Positions 51,083 to 63,876 are shown, numbered from the stretch's first letter. The stretch is DNA of 64,000 nt from Felis catus (GCF_018350175.1 NC_058373.1:105092001-105156000); one strand, 5' to 3'. A program made the numbers and translations. The notes: generated by a model not told the origin, from the sequence alone.

Positions 51083-51366
51083 ATTGTAGTCAAGAAATAC
51101 AAAAGTGAGATAAAATAATGTGAACAAAGGAAGAGATTTTTACTTCTAATGTAGTATGTAGCCAAGGATCACAGTAGACATGGACATAATTAAGTAATTT
51201 ATATGGGTTGAAAGGAAAAGTGCCCAGGAATTGATGGGCTGTCATTGTTATGTCTCAAGCCTGAGAGAAGACTAGTCATTGCTGTGAAACTTTACGAAAA
51301 AGAAACATTTTCTGCCTTTTTCCCCATTTGTAGTGATAGCTATTTTAAAGCTTTTACCCCTTCTAG

Positions 51367-51617
51367 GGACGAAGGAGAATAGCTCGAGATGCAAATTCTA
51401 TTAAAAAGGAAATTGAAGAAGACAAGACAGAAGACAAATTGAAAGACAATGATACAGAGAATAAAGATGTAGTTGAAGACTATGAAACCATGGAGAGAAA
51501 AGAAAACGAGTTACTGCTGGGGAGAAAAAATACACCAAAGCAAAAGGAGAAGAAAATTAAAAAGCAGGAGGATTCTGATAAAGACTCAGATGAAGAGGAA
51601 GAAAAAAGCCAAGAGAG
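51367..51617 (+). CDS. ARID4A: ARID4A exon 16 ([15 protein letters not shown]...EEEKSQER)
   Basis: ttctag| and |gtacat, 251 nt. Confidence 0.96.
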
Positions 51618-54125
51618 GTACATTATCTTATATTTGTTCTCCAGAAGCACCTGTCTGGGGTACAGCAGCGCTCTGATCCTGCTTAGAGATTCAGGTTTGA
51701 GGGAATGTTTTCTTATTGGGACTTCCGTTCCTCTTGTCTAGTGAAGGTGAGACACATTGTGAAGATGATGTGTATCGCCTTTCGGAATTGGAGAATATAC
51801 TGGTCGCACCATTTTAATAGCACTTGTGCCCTAAACAGTGGCCTCACAGAAGGCTGCGCCACCCAGTCAAAAGAAAGGTCCTGCAGTTGACAGCAGGGAA
51901 GGGAGCTGGAGAAAAATGGAGGAAGTGGACAAGAGGAAACAGCGACAGCAAAAATTCCATTTTAAAAAAGGTACAATGTGGGAAAGCTAACAAACACATG
52001 GGTGCACAGTACTAGCAGATGTTTCTGTGTGTTAGCTTTATCTAAGACATTTTTCTTTTCAAGTTATTGTATTAGAATAAGTGGCATGCACCCCTGATGC
52101 TAGTTTGGAAAATACATTCTTGCCCCACATCACACCAATAAATTTCAGTTTTTAATGTCCATTCTGTTTGCTGTTGAGTGTTGGTATTTTTTTTCCATGT
52201 ATTATACATGTATGGACTGAACTGACTTAAACATTACCAAAGATTAGGCAGTCCAGCTAGAGCAAATTAATGTCCGACTGTGTTTAGTTGGCCATTTCTG
52301 TGTTGTCAAATGGATTTACTAATTTTTATATGCTACTAAAAAATGAATCTTAATTCAGCAACAACAGCATAACACACGTTCTTGTAACATGAGCTCTTCT
52401 CCATAGTTACTTTTTGATTACTACATTATATGATGACAAATTTTCTAGAAGTTTAAGTAAAATTGGGAAAAAGTAGCCTGCTGCATCCAACTAGTGGCTG
52501 ACACCCATCTAAAAATTAACCATTGAGAAAATACTTGTAAAAATAGGAATGATTGGTGAGTGGGAGAGGTGATTTTATGATTCAGTCCAAATAGGTACAA
52601 GAGCTATCACAATTACATGTGAATTAGATGAGTGAATAAAGAAGGTTCTGTATCGAAATAGGATTAGGAAAACTGGGAGGAGAAAATTGGAGTTGAATAT
52701 AATGATGTGAGTGCAGAATTTCAAATATTTGGACAATAAATTTAAGCAAAAGTGAACCACTTAAATCAGGGCTAATTATAGTTTGAAGTTTTATTAAAAA
52801 TAAGCATCAAAATATGTGTAATATGTATTTAATACATAAAACATGTAATACATGTATATATATGTATATATGTGTATATATGTATATATATAGATGTGTG
52901 TATCTATATATATATATGTAATATGTGGTTTTAAAAGCCTTTATAGTTGCTATGTAAATAGAATAAGTAATTGTTTCAGAGAAAATTTCAGACTTGAATA
53001 TGAAAAAAAATATGCCCTTCTATTAAATAAAGATTGAATATATAGACAAACATAGTTCGTATTCTCATTCTATAACAGGAATCATGGAAACGGGAGATTT
53101 TTTTATCTGCAGACATTTCTGTTTTAAGTAGTTTCTTAATATTTTGAAATTACCTTATCAGACTATAGTATTGAATGTGTCCTTCGAGATAAAACATTTC
53201 CCAGGGCAAATGAGGTTGTCAAAGCTTCTTCATGTCGGTTCCCCTAGTGCTCCCCAGATAAAAGCCCCACGTTTATTAGAGCATAATGCCTCCTCTGAAA
53301 GAAACATTTACCACTCATGACATTAGGATGATCTTTGGTGTAGATCTCTTCTAAATCCTTGGAGGGTTAATACAAAATGTTTTATTTATAAAAAATACCG
53401 AAATATTGTCAGACCTCCCTATGTCAATCTCTTTTATACCTGATTATTTTAAACAAAAGCTGCTGGGAGAGGAGTAAAAACACAACAGAAATCAGTATGA
53501 GATACACAAAGCTTTGTTCTCCTGGTGCTATCCCACAGTTTCAACAAGTGACCTAATATTCAAATATCTGTTGTTTCTTTGTTACGGTAGGAAAACCTTT
53601 AAAATATAAACTAGTTTAAAAGATATGGTTACTGAGGTAGATAGCCCTTGTTCATTATTCTGCCCACTAAAATAAAACAGTTATGCTAAAGACCATTCTA
53701 AATTGAGCAGAGTGGTAGTAAAGTAGATTCAAGACAATTTAGTTGCAGGAAGTTAGAAACTATCTTTAGGTAATTTTCACATAATAAGGTGGCACTTGAA
53801 TATGAATCCTAAAGAGTTTTTCAAAGCACATGGCTCTTACTTTATCAAAACTGATTAATTTGACTACATCATCAACTGTGATTATTGATTGGCCTTTAAG
53901 AAATATGGATTTACTTGTGGTACAGTGCACCGTTACGTAATAAATAAATTCCTTAGTAGGTAGTCCATAAAAATCTTCTCCTTCTCCTCCTTCTTCTCCT
54001 CCTCCACTGACATGCTATTAAGGTAATACTTAGGTTTTAACTATTCTACATGTTGAATTCTTTTAGCATATATTAGTTCTCCATTAAATTATTAGTAGCA
54101 TTATCAATGTTATAACTTGCTGCAG

Positions 54126-54323
54126 GGAAGAAACTGAAAGCAAATGTGACTCTGATGGGGAGGAAGATGAGGAAGACATGGAACCCTGCCTAACAGGAAC
54201 CAAAGTGAAAGTAAAATATGGTCGAGGAAAAACGCAGAAAATCTATGAAGCTAGTATTAAAAGCACTGAAATTGATGATGGAGAAGTTTTATACTTGGTA
54301 CATTACTATGGATGGAATGTCAG
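54126..54323 (+). CDS. ARID4A: ARID4A exon 17 (EETESKCD...[11 protein letters not shown]), chromobarrel/Tudor-knot domain
   Basis: ctgcag| and |gtaagc, 198 nt; HYYGWN motif. Confidence 0.97.
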
Positions 54324-54485
54324 GTAAGCAGAAAACGTATTTTCTTACTATTGAAATTTATTTCCATGGTTCAAAAAGATTTGTGAAGAACCAAAGAAAA
54401 TGGTATATATAAAGCAAATGGTTACAAAGCATACCTTTTATCTGAATTTTCCAAGACTTTTAACATCTCCAGTGCTTTACTAGCT

Positions 54486-55480
54486 GTGTCAGTACTTCAG
54501 GCAAGGGTCACCAAGATCCTATGTGTAGTTGAACAGGTTGGATTTATTGCTCATTTGCAGTGAGGGAGAACACAGTAAGGGATACCATGGGGCATTCATC
54601 AAGAGAGTGTTAGATGAATTCATGAAAGTCTAAGGCACTGCCTCTGGAAACGGCAGTAGCCCAGGATTTTATGGAAACATCCTGCAGACCATGGGCAGGG
54701 AGGCAGGCCTGCAGCTCCCAATGGTGCAGGTGGTTTGTCTATTACATTTATTCAAAATCATGCTCATATCGGGGCACCGGGGTGGCTCAGTCAGTTAAGT
54801 GTCTTGACTTCGGCTTAGGTCATGATCTCACAGTTCATGGGTTGGAGTTCTGTGTCGAGCTGTGTGTTAACAACTCAGAGCCTGGAGCCTGCTTCGGATT
54901 CCGTGTCTCCCTCTCTCTCTGCCCCTCCTCCACTCAGACTCTGTCTCTTTCTCTCTCTCAAAAATGAATAAATGTTAAAATAAATAAATAAAATTTAAAA
55001 ATAAAAATAAATCAAGCTTGTATCAAGTATTATAATTCTAAGTTGATTAATTTAAAAATGTTAGGACTCAGATTTGAGCTTGTTAGATGATTTTAGGGAG
55101 GGTTTAAGGAAGTGGGTTTTGGTGTAGATTGGATGTGGTCAAGAAGTGGTGATAATTGTGTGATTGGTTTTCTTAATAAATCTTATCTAGAAGAAGAGAA
55201 GACTAGACCAAGGTTAGTATTGTAATTGATAAAGAAGCAGCAGTTAGTCGCTCAAGATAAAAGGATGTTGGTCATTTTTGTGGGTTGGATAATACTCCTT
55301 TTTATCCTGTGTTTAGATACTATTATGAAGTGGTCTTGTTTTTGTCTTGATCTGTCATGGTCATGGGATAGACTTATCTGATGTTGATGTTCTGTGAAAC
55401 TGTTGATGTTCAACAGGAGAACAACTGCATGTAGCTTTAAGTCCAGATCAGCTCTGTAGCTGATAGTACCAGGCCAGTTC
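54486..55480. mobile_element. Probable ERV LTR-like relic interrupted by a CAN-SINE (~54771-55010 plus)
   Basis: The SINE is clear; the LTR assignment rests on general resemblance only. Confidence 0.45.
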
Positions 55481-55810
55481 CTCTACTCTTCTCTTTCCCC
55501 TTTGGAAAGCCTTATGCATTTAATATCTCTGCTTGCCCTGTATTTGCTTGGAGCCAGAGTGCTTCAAGGTTTCCTTACATACTAGAAATGTGCTGTTATG
55601 TGTCAATTCCTTCACCTCTAAATCGGGTAAGATAAAGCAACCTGCTTTATAAAATGTTGTGAGAAATAGTGCTTAACACCTGTATTAACATACAAAGTGC
55701 TTAGAACAGTGCCTGGCATACAGTAAGTACTCAATAAATGTTGACTGTTTTCTTTAGTGAGGGAGAGTTAGGTTTCTTTCATTTTGCATCATTTCAAGAA
55801 TATGGGTTTA

Positions 55811-55968
55811 GGTGTGCCTGGGTGGCTCAGTCAGTTAAGCGTCCGAATCTTGATTTAGGCTCAGGTCATGATCTCATGATCATGGGATCAAGCCCCACAT
55901 CAGGCTCTGCACTGGGCATGGAGCCTGCTTGGGATTCTCTCTCCCCCTCTTTGTCTGTTTCCAACATG

Positions 55969-56013
<45 letters not shown>

Positions 56014-56911
56014 AACTTTAAGAAAAAAGAAAGTATGGGTTTAATGAATAGCATATAAAACTTTAAAATTTCTCAGACTGGTCCCTATGTTCTTCACACT
56101 TGTGCCAACACTAGAAAGAAACTGGTTTGTTTATATATTTTGAGAAGAGAAAGAGTGAGAGAGCATATGAGCACGAGCAGGGGGAGGCAGAGGGAAAGGG
56201 AGATTAGAGACAGAATCCCAAGCAGGCTCTGCACTGGTAGCCTGGAGCCCGATGCGAGGCTTGAAATAATGAACTGAGAGATCATGACCTGCTCCAAAAC
56301 CAAGAGTTGGATGCTTTACTGAGCCACCCAGGTGCCCCACAAACTTTAATTTTTAAAACATGCTTATTATTCAATATTTATAGTTGACATACATTGTCCT
56401 ATTAGTTTCAGTTATACAACATGATTCACCAGTTCTGTGCAAACTCTTTAGTGATCTTAGAGATCTGTTGTTTTGTATGCACATATTGAATTCGGGGAGA
56501 GGGGTACTATCTTGTCAGCTCTGAGTCACTGTCTTTGCAGTTGTAGCACATTATAGCCTTTGATTTTTCTCTGCTTCCATTCAGTTCCAGCCATCCACTC
56601 TTACTCTGTGTGGGTCTGCTCATCTTTCTAGAAAGTCCCCTTCCTATCCTTCACTCTCATCTTTTTAATATTTTACTATATGACTTTTCTCAAGTCATTT
56701 TACTTATTTTTAAAAATTTATTCATTTTTGAGAAACAGAGTGAGACTGAGCAGGGGAGGGCCAGAGAGAGAGGGAGACACAGAATCCGAAGCAGGCTCCA
56801 GGCTCTGAGCTGTCAACACAGAGCCTGACGCGGGGCTCGAACTCACAAACCGCAAGATCGTGACCTAAGCCAAAGTCAGATGCTTAACCAACTGAGCCAC
56901 CCCGGCGCCCC
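55811..56911. mobile_element. Three CAN-SINEs (~55811-56030 plus, 56124-56338 minus, 56706-56911 minus)
   Basis: Consensus matches; TATGGGTTTA TSD for the first. Confidence 0.9.
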
Positions 56912-57996
56912 AATAGTCATTTTATTATATGCTCACGTTCTTCCTCACTGGTTATCTTCCCAACTAGTTACCTAACTGGTTACTGATACAGTTCGTGGTT
57001 TTTCATTGTCCTTCTGTACTCCTAAAAGCTAGTATAATTGCGGTCTGCTGATGGAAACAGAGCCACTGTAGCTCCTAGAGAATCCAGTTGGGTTTCTAAA
57101 ACAGGGTAGCATGTGCAATTGTGAGGGGAGTGCTGGTCTGTAGTTGAGAGATTCTGGGACCACCCTTGGTTGGCAGTATTAATACTGGAGTACCCGCATG
57201 ACATACTGTGGTGACCAGGCCATGTGGCCTCTAAATCAGAGGTGTACTCTAAATCAGACCTGTGCTTCTTAGTTGTGTGATAGGTCCCGTAAAAGTTTGA
57301 AACTGGGCAGTTACTCCTTTGTGCCTTGGATCAGATACATAAATAACCCTCTTATTGCATTTAGTAGACTGTCCTCGATTTTACTGTATGTCTGCCTTTT
57401 ACACCAGACTGCAAGCTGCATGACAGCCAGGGTCGTCGTCTTACTACTCTCTACAGTGTACACTGTATTCTCAGACAGTGCCCGGCATGCTAGTAGGCCC
57501 TCAGTAAATGTCCAAGTGAGTGATTATTATGAAATACAGTAAGAATAAGGCCGGGTAAAATGAATATATTGGGTTAGTCCAGGAGGAAATCGTTTTTCCA
57601 AACCATAGTGTAGGTAAGTCACGGTCTTATGTCAACCGATATGTGGATATTGGAACTGTGTCCTTCCTTTGCACGGCTCCGTGGTAACTCAGTTACAAAG
57701 TGAGGGTATGGTTTCCATTAACATGGTGCAGTTCAAAGTAAGGACTGCCTATAGTGTTTTTTGCCTGAGTGTTCACATTTTAGATTTTGATTAAGCTCTA
57801 TAAATACCTATATATTTACATAGGGTAAGAACTGGCATTTAGTTGTAGAAAGTTTAGTTTCTTATTTGCCCTGATTAGTAATGTGGACTGTGTTGAAATT
57901 TAAAAGTGATGTCAATATTTTGGAAGAAGGTATAAGGGAAATGAGTTTTCAATTTGAGCTAAGCAGAATAAAAACTTAAAGGAAATGAAAGATCTT

Positions 57997-58742
57997 GGGG
58001 CATCTGGGTGGCTCAGTGGGTTAAGTGTCTGACTGGCTCAGGTCGTGATCTCACAGCTCGTGAGTTTGAGCCCTGCATTGGGCTCTGTGCTGACAGCTCA
58101 GAGCCTGGAGCCTGCTTTGGATTCTATATCTCCCTCTCTTTCTGCCCCTCCCCTGCTTGTGCTCTGTCTCTCTCAAAAACAAACATTTTAGAAAAATTTT
58201 TAATAAAAAAATGAAAGATCTCTAAAATTTTTCAGAGTCTTAGAGGTAACAGTTCAGAATAAAATTTTATTAGAAATATTAGCAACTATAGGGGCGCCTG
58301 GGTGGCTCAGTTGGTTGAGCATCCGACTTCGGCTCAGGTCATGATCTCGCAGTTCGTGAGCTCAAGCCCCGCATCGGGCTCTGTGCTGACAGCTCAGAGC
58401 CTGGAGCCTGCTTCAGATTCTGTGTCTCCCTCTCTCTCTGTCCCTTCCCCGCTCATGCTCTGTCTCTGTCTCTGAGAAATGAATAAACGTTAAAAAAAAA
58501 AAAAAAAAAGAAATATTAGCAGCTATGTAGGACGCCTGGGTGGCTCAGTCGGTTAAGCATCCAACTTTGGCTCAGGTCATGATCTCACGGTTCATGAGTT
58601 CGAGCCCCACATTGGGCTCTGTGCTGACAGCTCAGAGCCTGGAGCCTGCTTCAGATTCTGTGTGTCCCTCTCTCTCTGCCCCTCCCCTGTTCACACTCTG
58701 TCTCTCCCTCTCTCAAAAAGAAACATCAAAAGAAAAAAAAAA
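57997..58742 (+). mobile_element. Three CAN-SINEs (~57997-58212, 58291-58509, 58529-58742)
   Basis: Consensus matches with TSDs. Confidence 0.92.
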
Positions 58743-59210
58743 TACTAGCAGCTATAGAGTTCTGGGAGGAAAAGAGAGCTGAAAAGGACTTCATAAATAA
58801 ACCTGGAACTGATCATGTTACAAATGTGAATTCACCTCACTTATCTCTGCATTCATTATTTGGTCAATAGAATGAATGCCAGTGTAACATCAACTTATTC
58901 TGTTAAGCTCAGATCTGTGGGAAACAAAAGCTCAGTACAGAAAATAAAAGCCGTTTAAACAGTCTTGAATCTGCATAGGTTTTTCTTGCTCATTTACCCT
59001 AAGAAATTTTCTTGCTTGTCCTGGTGGTGGCAGGTTTACAACGCACCTCGTACAGGCTGGTACTTGTTACCAATACACCAGCCCCTGTGCTCTTCATGTT
59101 TCTGCCAACAGTAGAACTGAACTCTTTAGTTTCCTCACTGCTGTTTCATTTGGTGCATACATTTCAAATAAGGTATTACTGTGAAGTTTTATTTTTTTCT
59201 CTGTTTTAAG

Positions 59211-59295
59211 GTATGATGAATGGGTGAAGGCTGACAGGATAATCTGGCCTTTGGACAAAGGTGGACCAAAGAAAAAACAGAAGAAAAAAGCAAAA
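59211..59295 (+). CDS. ARID4A: ARID4A exon 18 ([29 protein letters not shown])
   Basis: tttaag| and |gtatgt, 85 nt; YDEWV chromobarrel motif. Confidence 0.97.
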
Positions 59296-60129
59296 GTATG
59301 TATATAGAGTCATATCCTTTATGATAAGTATAGGTATTATTTATATTATACTGTGTTTTATAAATCTTGTTTTCTCATTGTAATAATCGTCTTGATTTCT
59401 TTAAGGTAATTGTGATTTTCTCTCTGGTAACCCAGAAGCTAAAAAGTAAAAAATGTAAACACATTACCATATTGTTTAAGGAAGGATAAAAACCATGGAC
59501 TCCCTAGGAGACAGGCTTCAAACTCAAATGTCTATAGGGGCTCTATAGTAAAAGGGTAAAACAGGATTGATGGTGACAAAAAAGAGGACAGATTCCTCAT
59601 CAAGAGAGGATGGAACTCACCACTCTTGTGGGATGCAGACTCAGGGTTGTCAGATTTTAGGATTTTTTTTTTGCAGACAACTGTCTTGAAAGCTAGTACT
59701 AGATAAAGCTAAAACACATACCTGCTGGCTAGTTGTACTCAACATCTCTACCCTCAATTTTCAGCCTGTGCTGTAGAAATTCACCTAAGGTTTTGTCTGT
59801 TTGATGGCAGGTCTCTTTCTTGTCCTCAGGGAATAGTAATGAACAAGGAGGGGTGCTGAGTAGTTGTTCAGTTCTCTAATGCATGGACTCTGGCCTTCAC
59901 CGTGGGACTGCGGTGTTACAAACCATAGACTATCTTATTCATATAGTTTTAACTATGTTAGAAAACCACTTGTTTTTGGTTTTTCTATAAGCACAAACTA
60001 AGAGTTGACATATAAAATATATAACCTTTTTTGAGTTATGGTTTTCCTTGGAGAAGTAGAATGTCGGTAGAATGTTCATTTTTTTCTAAGGCATCGGCCC
60101 TTCTCATACGTTTTGTTGCTGTTACCCAG

Positions 60130-60271
60130 AATAAAGAAGACAGTGAAAAGGATGAAAAGAGGGATGAGGAGAGGCAGAAGTCAAAACGAGGACGACCTCC
60201 TTTAAAATCTACCCTTTCATCAAACATGCCATATGGTTTGTCTAAGACTCCAAACAGTGAAGGAAAATCAG
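60130..60271 (+). CDS. ARID4A: ARID4A exon 19 (NKEDSEKD...KRGRPP...SEGKS); AT-hook-like KRGRPP at 60184-60201
   Basis: acccag| and |gtacca, 142 nt. Confidence 0.95.
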
Positions 60272-60481
60272 GTACCAGAAGTGCTCGCAGCAGTATGCCA
60301 GACAGCTCACCTCTGTCAAATGGAATGGAAGGTGCTAATTTTGAGGATCGTTGATTTTTTAAAAAATCAATAATACAATAAAACTTTACTTGTGTGAGAG
60401 ATTCATAGAAAGTCATCTAAGTTTTTAATCTCATATAATTTAAACTACAAAACTTGATTTGACATAAATATTTTATTAAAA

Positions 60482-60695
60482 AAATTTTTTTTTAACGTTT
60501 ATTTATTTTTGAGACAGAGAGAGACAGAGCATGAACGGGGGAGGGACAGAGAGAGAGGGAGACACAGAATCTGAAACAGGCTCCAGGCTCTGAGCTGTCA
60601 GCACAGAGCCTGACGCGGGGCTCGAACCCTCGGACCGTGAGATCATGACCTGAGCCGAAGTCGACGCTTAACCGACTGAGCCACCCAGGCGCCCC
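60482..60695 (-). mobile_element. CAN-SINE (felid type)
   Basis: Full-length; TGA.ATAAATATTTTA flanks. Confidence 0.92.
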
Positions 60696-61910
60696 TGAGA
60701 TAAATATTTTAGTCTCTCATGTTTACTTACGACTGAGTGATGTCTTACTTTAATTGGAATACTTTTGTCGTCAGTATTGTAGGAGTATTCTATTTTGAAA
60801 GAAGATGGGTTGACAAGTCATGCATCCTACTGTGTGCTGCACTGTCCTTCAGAGCATGCACTAGTGTCTCCTACAATTCAGTGCTGTTCACGCAGGATAT
60901 TTCAACAAAGCTGACACCAAGGTGTTCAAAGCGCACAAACTAACGTGGTATAGGCATGTTTTGTGATGAGTATAGGTGAACATACTTTATTTTGCTTTTA
61001 ACTTTTTTCTCACCTTTCTACCTTTGTATGTTTTTCCATGAAATTTAAAATGTTAAATCCTTGTCTCATCAAAACTTTTTCCTCCCTTCAAGAAAAAAGC
61101 TATTCTGAACTAGGACTTCCTTTCGTCCATGTGGTGTTTGTGTGTAAATTAGAAAAGGGCTTGCTCCCTCCTCATCACTGCCATCTACTGGAAGCTTATC
61201 ATAACACACAAATGCAAGATGTCCACCAAATGAAGCTTGTCTATTTGAGTTTGCCTTTTTGGACTTCTTTACAATAGGAGTACCATGTGGGCAGAATTTT
61301 TATATTTTACAGTTCCTGTACATTCTCACAGCCCTACTTTATTATTTTAAAAAATTCTCTAACTTAAAGAGAATGAGTTCTTTTGCAAAAAGGTAGCTTG
61401 CCTATACTTTTATGTCCTTAAATCAAAAGAATATTTAAACCTTTGGAAATTCAAACTGCTCATTTTGTGCATCTCTTCTTTTCAGAATTTTTAAAAATAG
61501 AATGTCATATTCCTTTCTAGAGACACAGAATGCCCATTACATTTATTAATCAATATCTATTAGACCTCAGATCAAACCACTTAATGTATTAACTTACTAT
61601 CTCAGTACTAGTCCTTTGCTTTTTCTGAGGATTTTTCATAGCCCAATTTCTGAGATTTTTTTCATAGCCCAAACTAGCTCTTTTATAGACTTGAGATAGT
61701 AATATTTTCAGTGTAATGTGTTTTTACATGGAGTTAATTTTGCAACTTACCACCCCCTCCCATTTTTTGGCCCAAATGTATGATTTATCAGGAATTTCTA
61801 CAGGGAAGTATTCAGTGGTGTATGATTTAGAGTGGTAGAATTTTTATTCTAAAATTACATTGGTAATTAAGACAGAAACTTTTGTAATACAGTAATATTT
61901 CCTCTTGCAG

Positions 61911-63044
61911 ACTCTTGCTCATCTGATAGTGAAACAGAAGACCTTTTAGAAAAGAATTTGATGAATGAAGAACTTTCTCCTGATATTAAAGAACTAGAAA
62001 AAAATGAACACTTGAATGACGATAAACTAGATGAAGAAAATCCAAAGATTGCTGCACATATATTAAAAGAAAATGAAAGGACACAAATGCAGCCTTTAGA
62101 AACACTGAAGTTAGAAGTTGGAGAGAATGAACAAATAGTACAGATTTTTGGAAATAAAGTGGAACAAGGAGAAGAAGTTAAGAAAGAGGCTGAAAAATCT
62201 CCTAAAGGAAAGGGAAGACGAAGCAAGACAAAAGATCTTTCTTTAGAAATTATAAAGATTTCATCATTTAGCCAGGATGAAGCAGGAAGTGAATCTCATA
62301 TAGAAGCTCAGAGTCTAGAATTTTCTTCACTAGACAGTAAAAATTTTTCCTCTACTGCTGAAGATGAAATTGACCAGTGTGCAAAAGAAAAAAAGTTGAA
62401 ACGGAAATTACTGGGACAGTCATCACCAGAGAAAAAAACAAGAATCGAGAATGGAATGGAAATGACAAACAGCGTATCTCAAGAAAAGACCAGTGACTGT
62501 ATTGCATCTGAGGGAATGAAAAACTTAAATTTTGAACAACATTTTGAAGTAGAAAATGAAGAAATGCCATCATTAATCGCAGAGTCCAACCAACGCAGTC
62601 AAGAATTGACTAGTGAAAAATTTGACAGTCCAGCTGAAGAAACTGTAAATACTCCACTAAAAGAAGAAGAGGATGCAATGCCTCTGATTGGGCCTGAGAC
62701 CTTGGTCTGCCATGAAGTAGACTTGGATGACTTGGATGAGAAGGATAAGACCAGTATTGAAGATGTAGTAGTTGAAAACTCTGAGTCTAACTCTCTTGTT
62801 TCTATTCCACCTGCCCTACCTCCTGTTGTACAGCATCACTTTTCAGTAGCTTCACCACTTACTCTCAGTCAAGATGAGTCTCGAAGTATAAAAAGTGAGA
62901 GTGACATAACCATTGAAGTTGATAGCATTGCTGAAGAATCTCAAGAAGGTCTCTGTGAGAGGGAATCTGCAAATGGGTTTGAAGCCGGTGTTGCCTCTGG
63001 TACCTGTAGTATAATTGTTCAAGAAAGAGAGAACAGAGAGAAGG
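61911..63044 (+). CDS. ARID4A: ARID4A exon 20 (large acidic exon); pRb-binding LxCxE (LVCHE) at 62702-62716
   Basis: ttgcag| and |gtaaga, 1134 nt, phase 1-1; overlaps ORF 61958..63130. Confidence 0.97.
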
Positions 63045-63259
63045 GTAAGAACTTTCTAGGGAGAACATCAGCCTTTATGTTCAGCCCCAAAATTAGTAAG
63101 TTAAGAGTTTTAGGCATTCTTGATCTGTAAAGTTCCCACCCTCCCTCCCTCCTATTCTTTCTTTCGTTTGTACGTCACGTCCCCACTTTCCTTTCCCATG
63201 CCTTTAAAAAAAAATGTACATCGAGAAATTCATGTGGAGTAGACAGGTGAATAATACAG

Positions 63260-63728
63260 CTGCTCTTGTGGCGGTGGTGGTGGCTCAAGCACAGAAGACC
63301 AACTGCAGCGGCCGGAGTTATGGCAGGACAGGCGTTTAGAAAGTTTCTTCCCCCTTTGACCGAGTTTTAGTTGAAAGGAGTACAGCCAGAACTGCAACTA
63401 ATGGAGGCATTATGCTTCTGCAAAACTCTCAAGAAAAAGTATTGCAAGCAACAGTAGTAGCTGTTGGACTGGGCTCTAAAGGGAAAGGTGGAGAGATAAC
63501 AAGCATTTAGCGTCAAAGTTGGAGGTAAAGTTCTTCTCTCAGAATATGGAGGCACTAGAGTAGGTCTAGATGACGAGGATTATTTCTTAGAGAGGGTGAC
63601 ATTCTCAGAAAATATGCAGACCGAAATAAATTATTATTGAAATGGTATCATGTGAAGCTGCCCATTCCACTGAAATCTCTCATCCTGTAAATAATTTCCA
63701 TGTCTTTTATAATAAACTAATGGTGTCC
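63260..63728 (+). pseudogene. HSPE1: HSPE1 (HSP10/chaperonin 10) processed pseudogene in ARID4A intron 20
   Basis: ATG at 63320, then MAGQAFRKFLP/FDRVLVERS..GGIML..KVLQATVVAVG.GSKGKGGE..SVKVG.KVLL.EYGGT..LDD.DYF. Intronless, three frameshifts, stop decayed to CGA (63622), HSPE1-like 3'UTR with AATAAA at 63711. Confidence 0.93.
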
Positions 63729-63771
63729 AAAATGTATGTATTTTTCAAGTCGTCTCTTCCCCCTATTTCAG

Positions 63772-63876
63772 GTCAGAAAAGGCCAAATGATGGAAATAGT
63801 GGATTATTGGCAAAAAAGCAAAAGCGTACCCCAAAGCGAACAAGTGCTGTAGCCAAAAGTGAAAAGAATGGAACAG
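63772..63876 (+). CDS. ARID4A: ARID4A exon 21 ([35 protein letters not shown]); gene continues past the window
   Basis: tttcag| and |gttggt, 105 nt. Confidence 0.96.

Noticed and set aside
1567..58782. Recurrent ORFs such as MAQSVK..AQVMIS..SLEPASDSVSPSLS
   Set aside because: Translations of CAN-SINE consensus, not a gene family.
61622..61672. ~25-nt tandem duplication TTTCTGAG..TTTTTCATAGCCCAA
   Set aside because: Ordinary slippage duplication in intron sequence.
63367..63555. Minus-strand 62-aa ORF
   Set aside because: Antisense shadow of the HSPE1 pseudogene.
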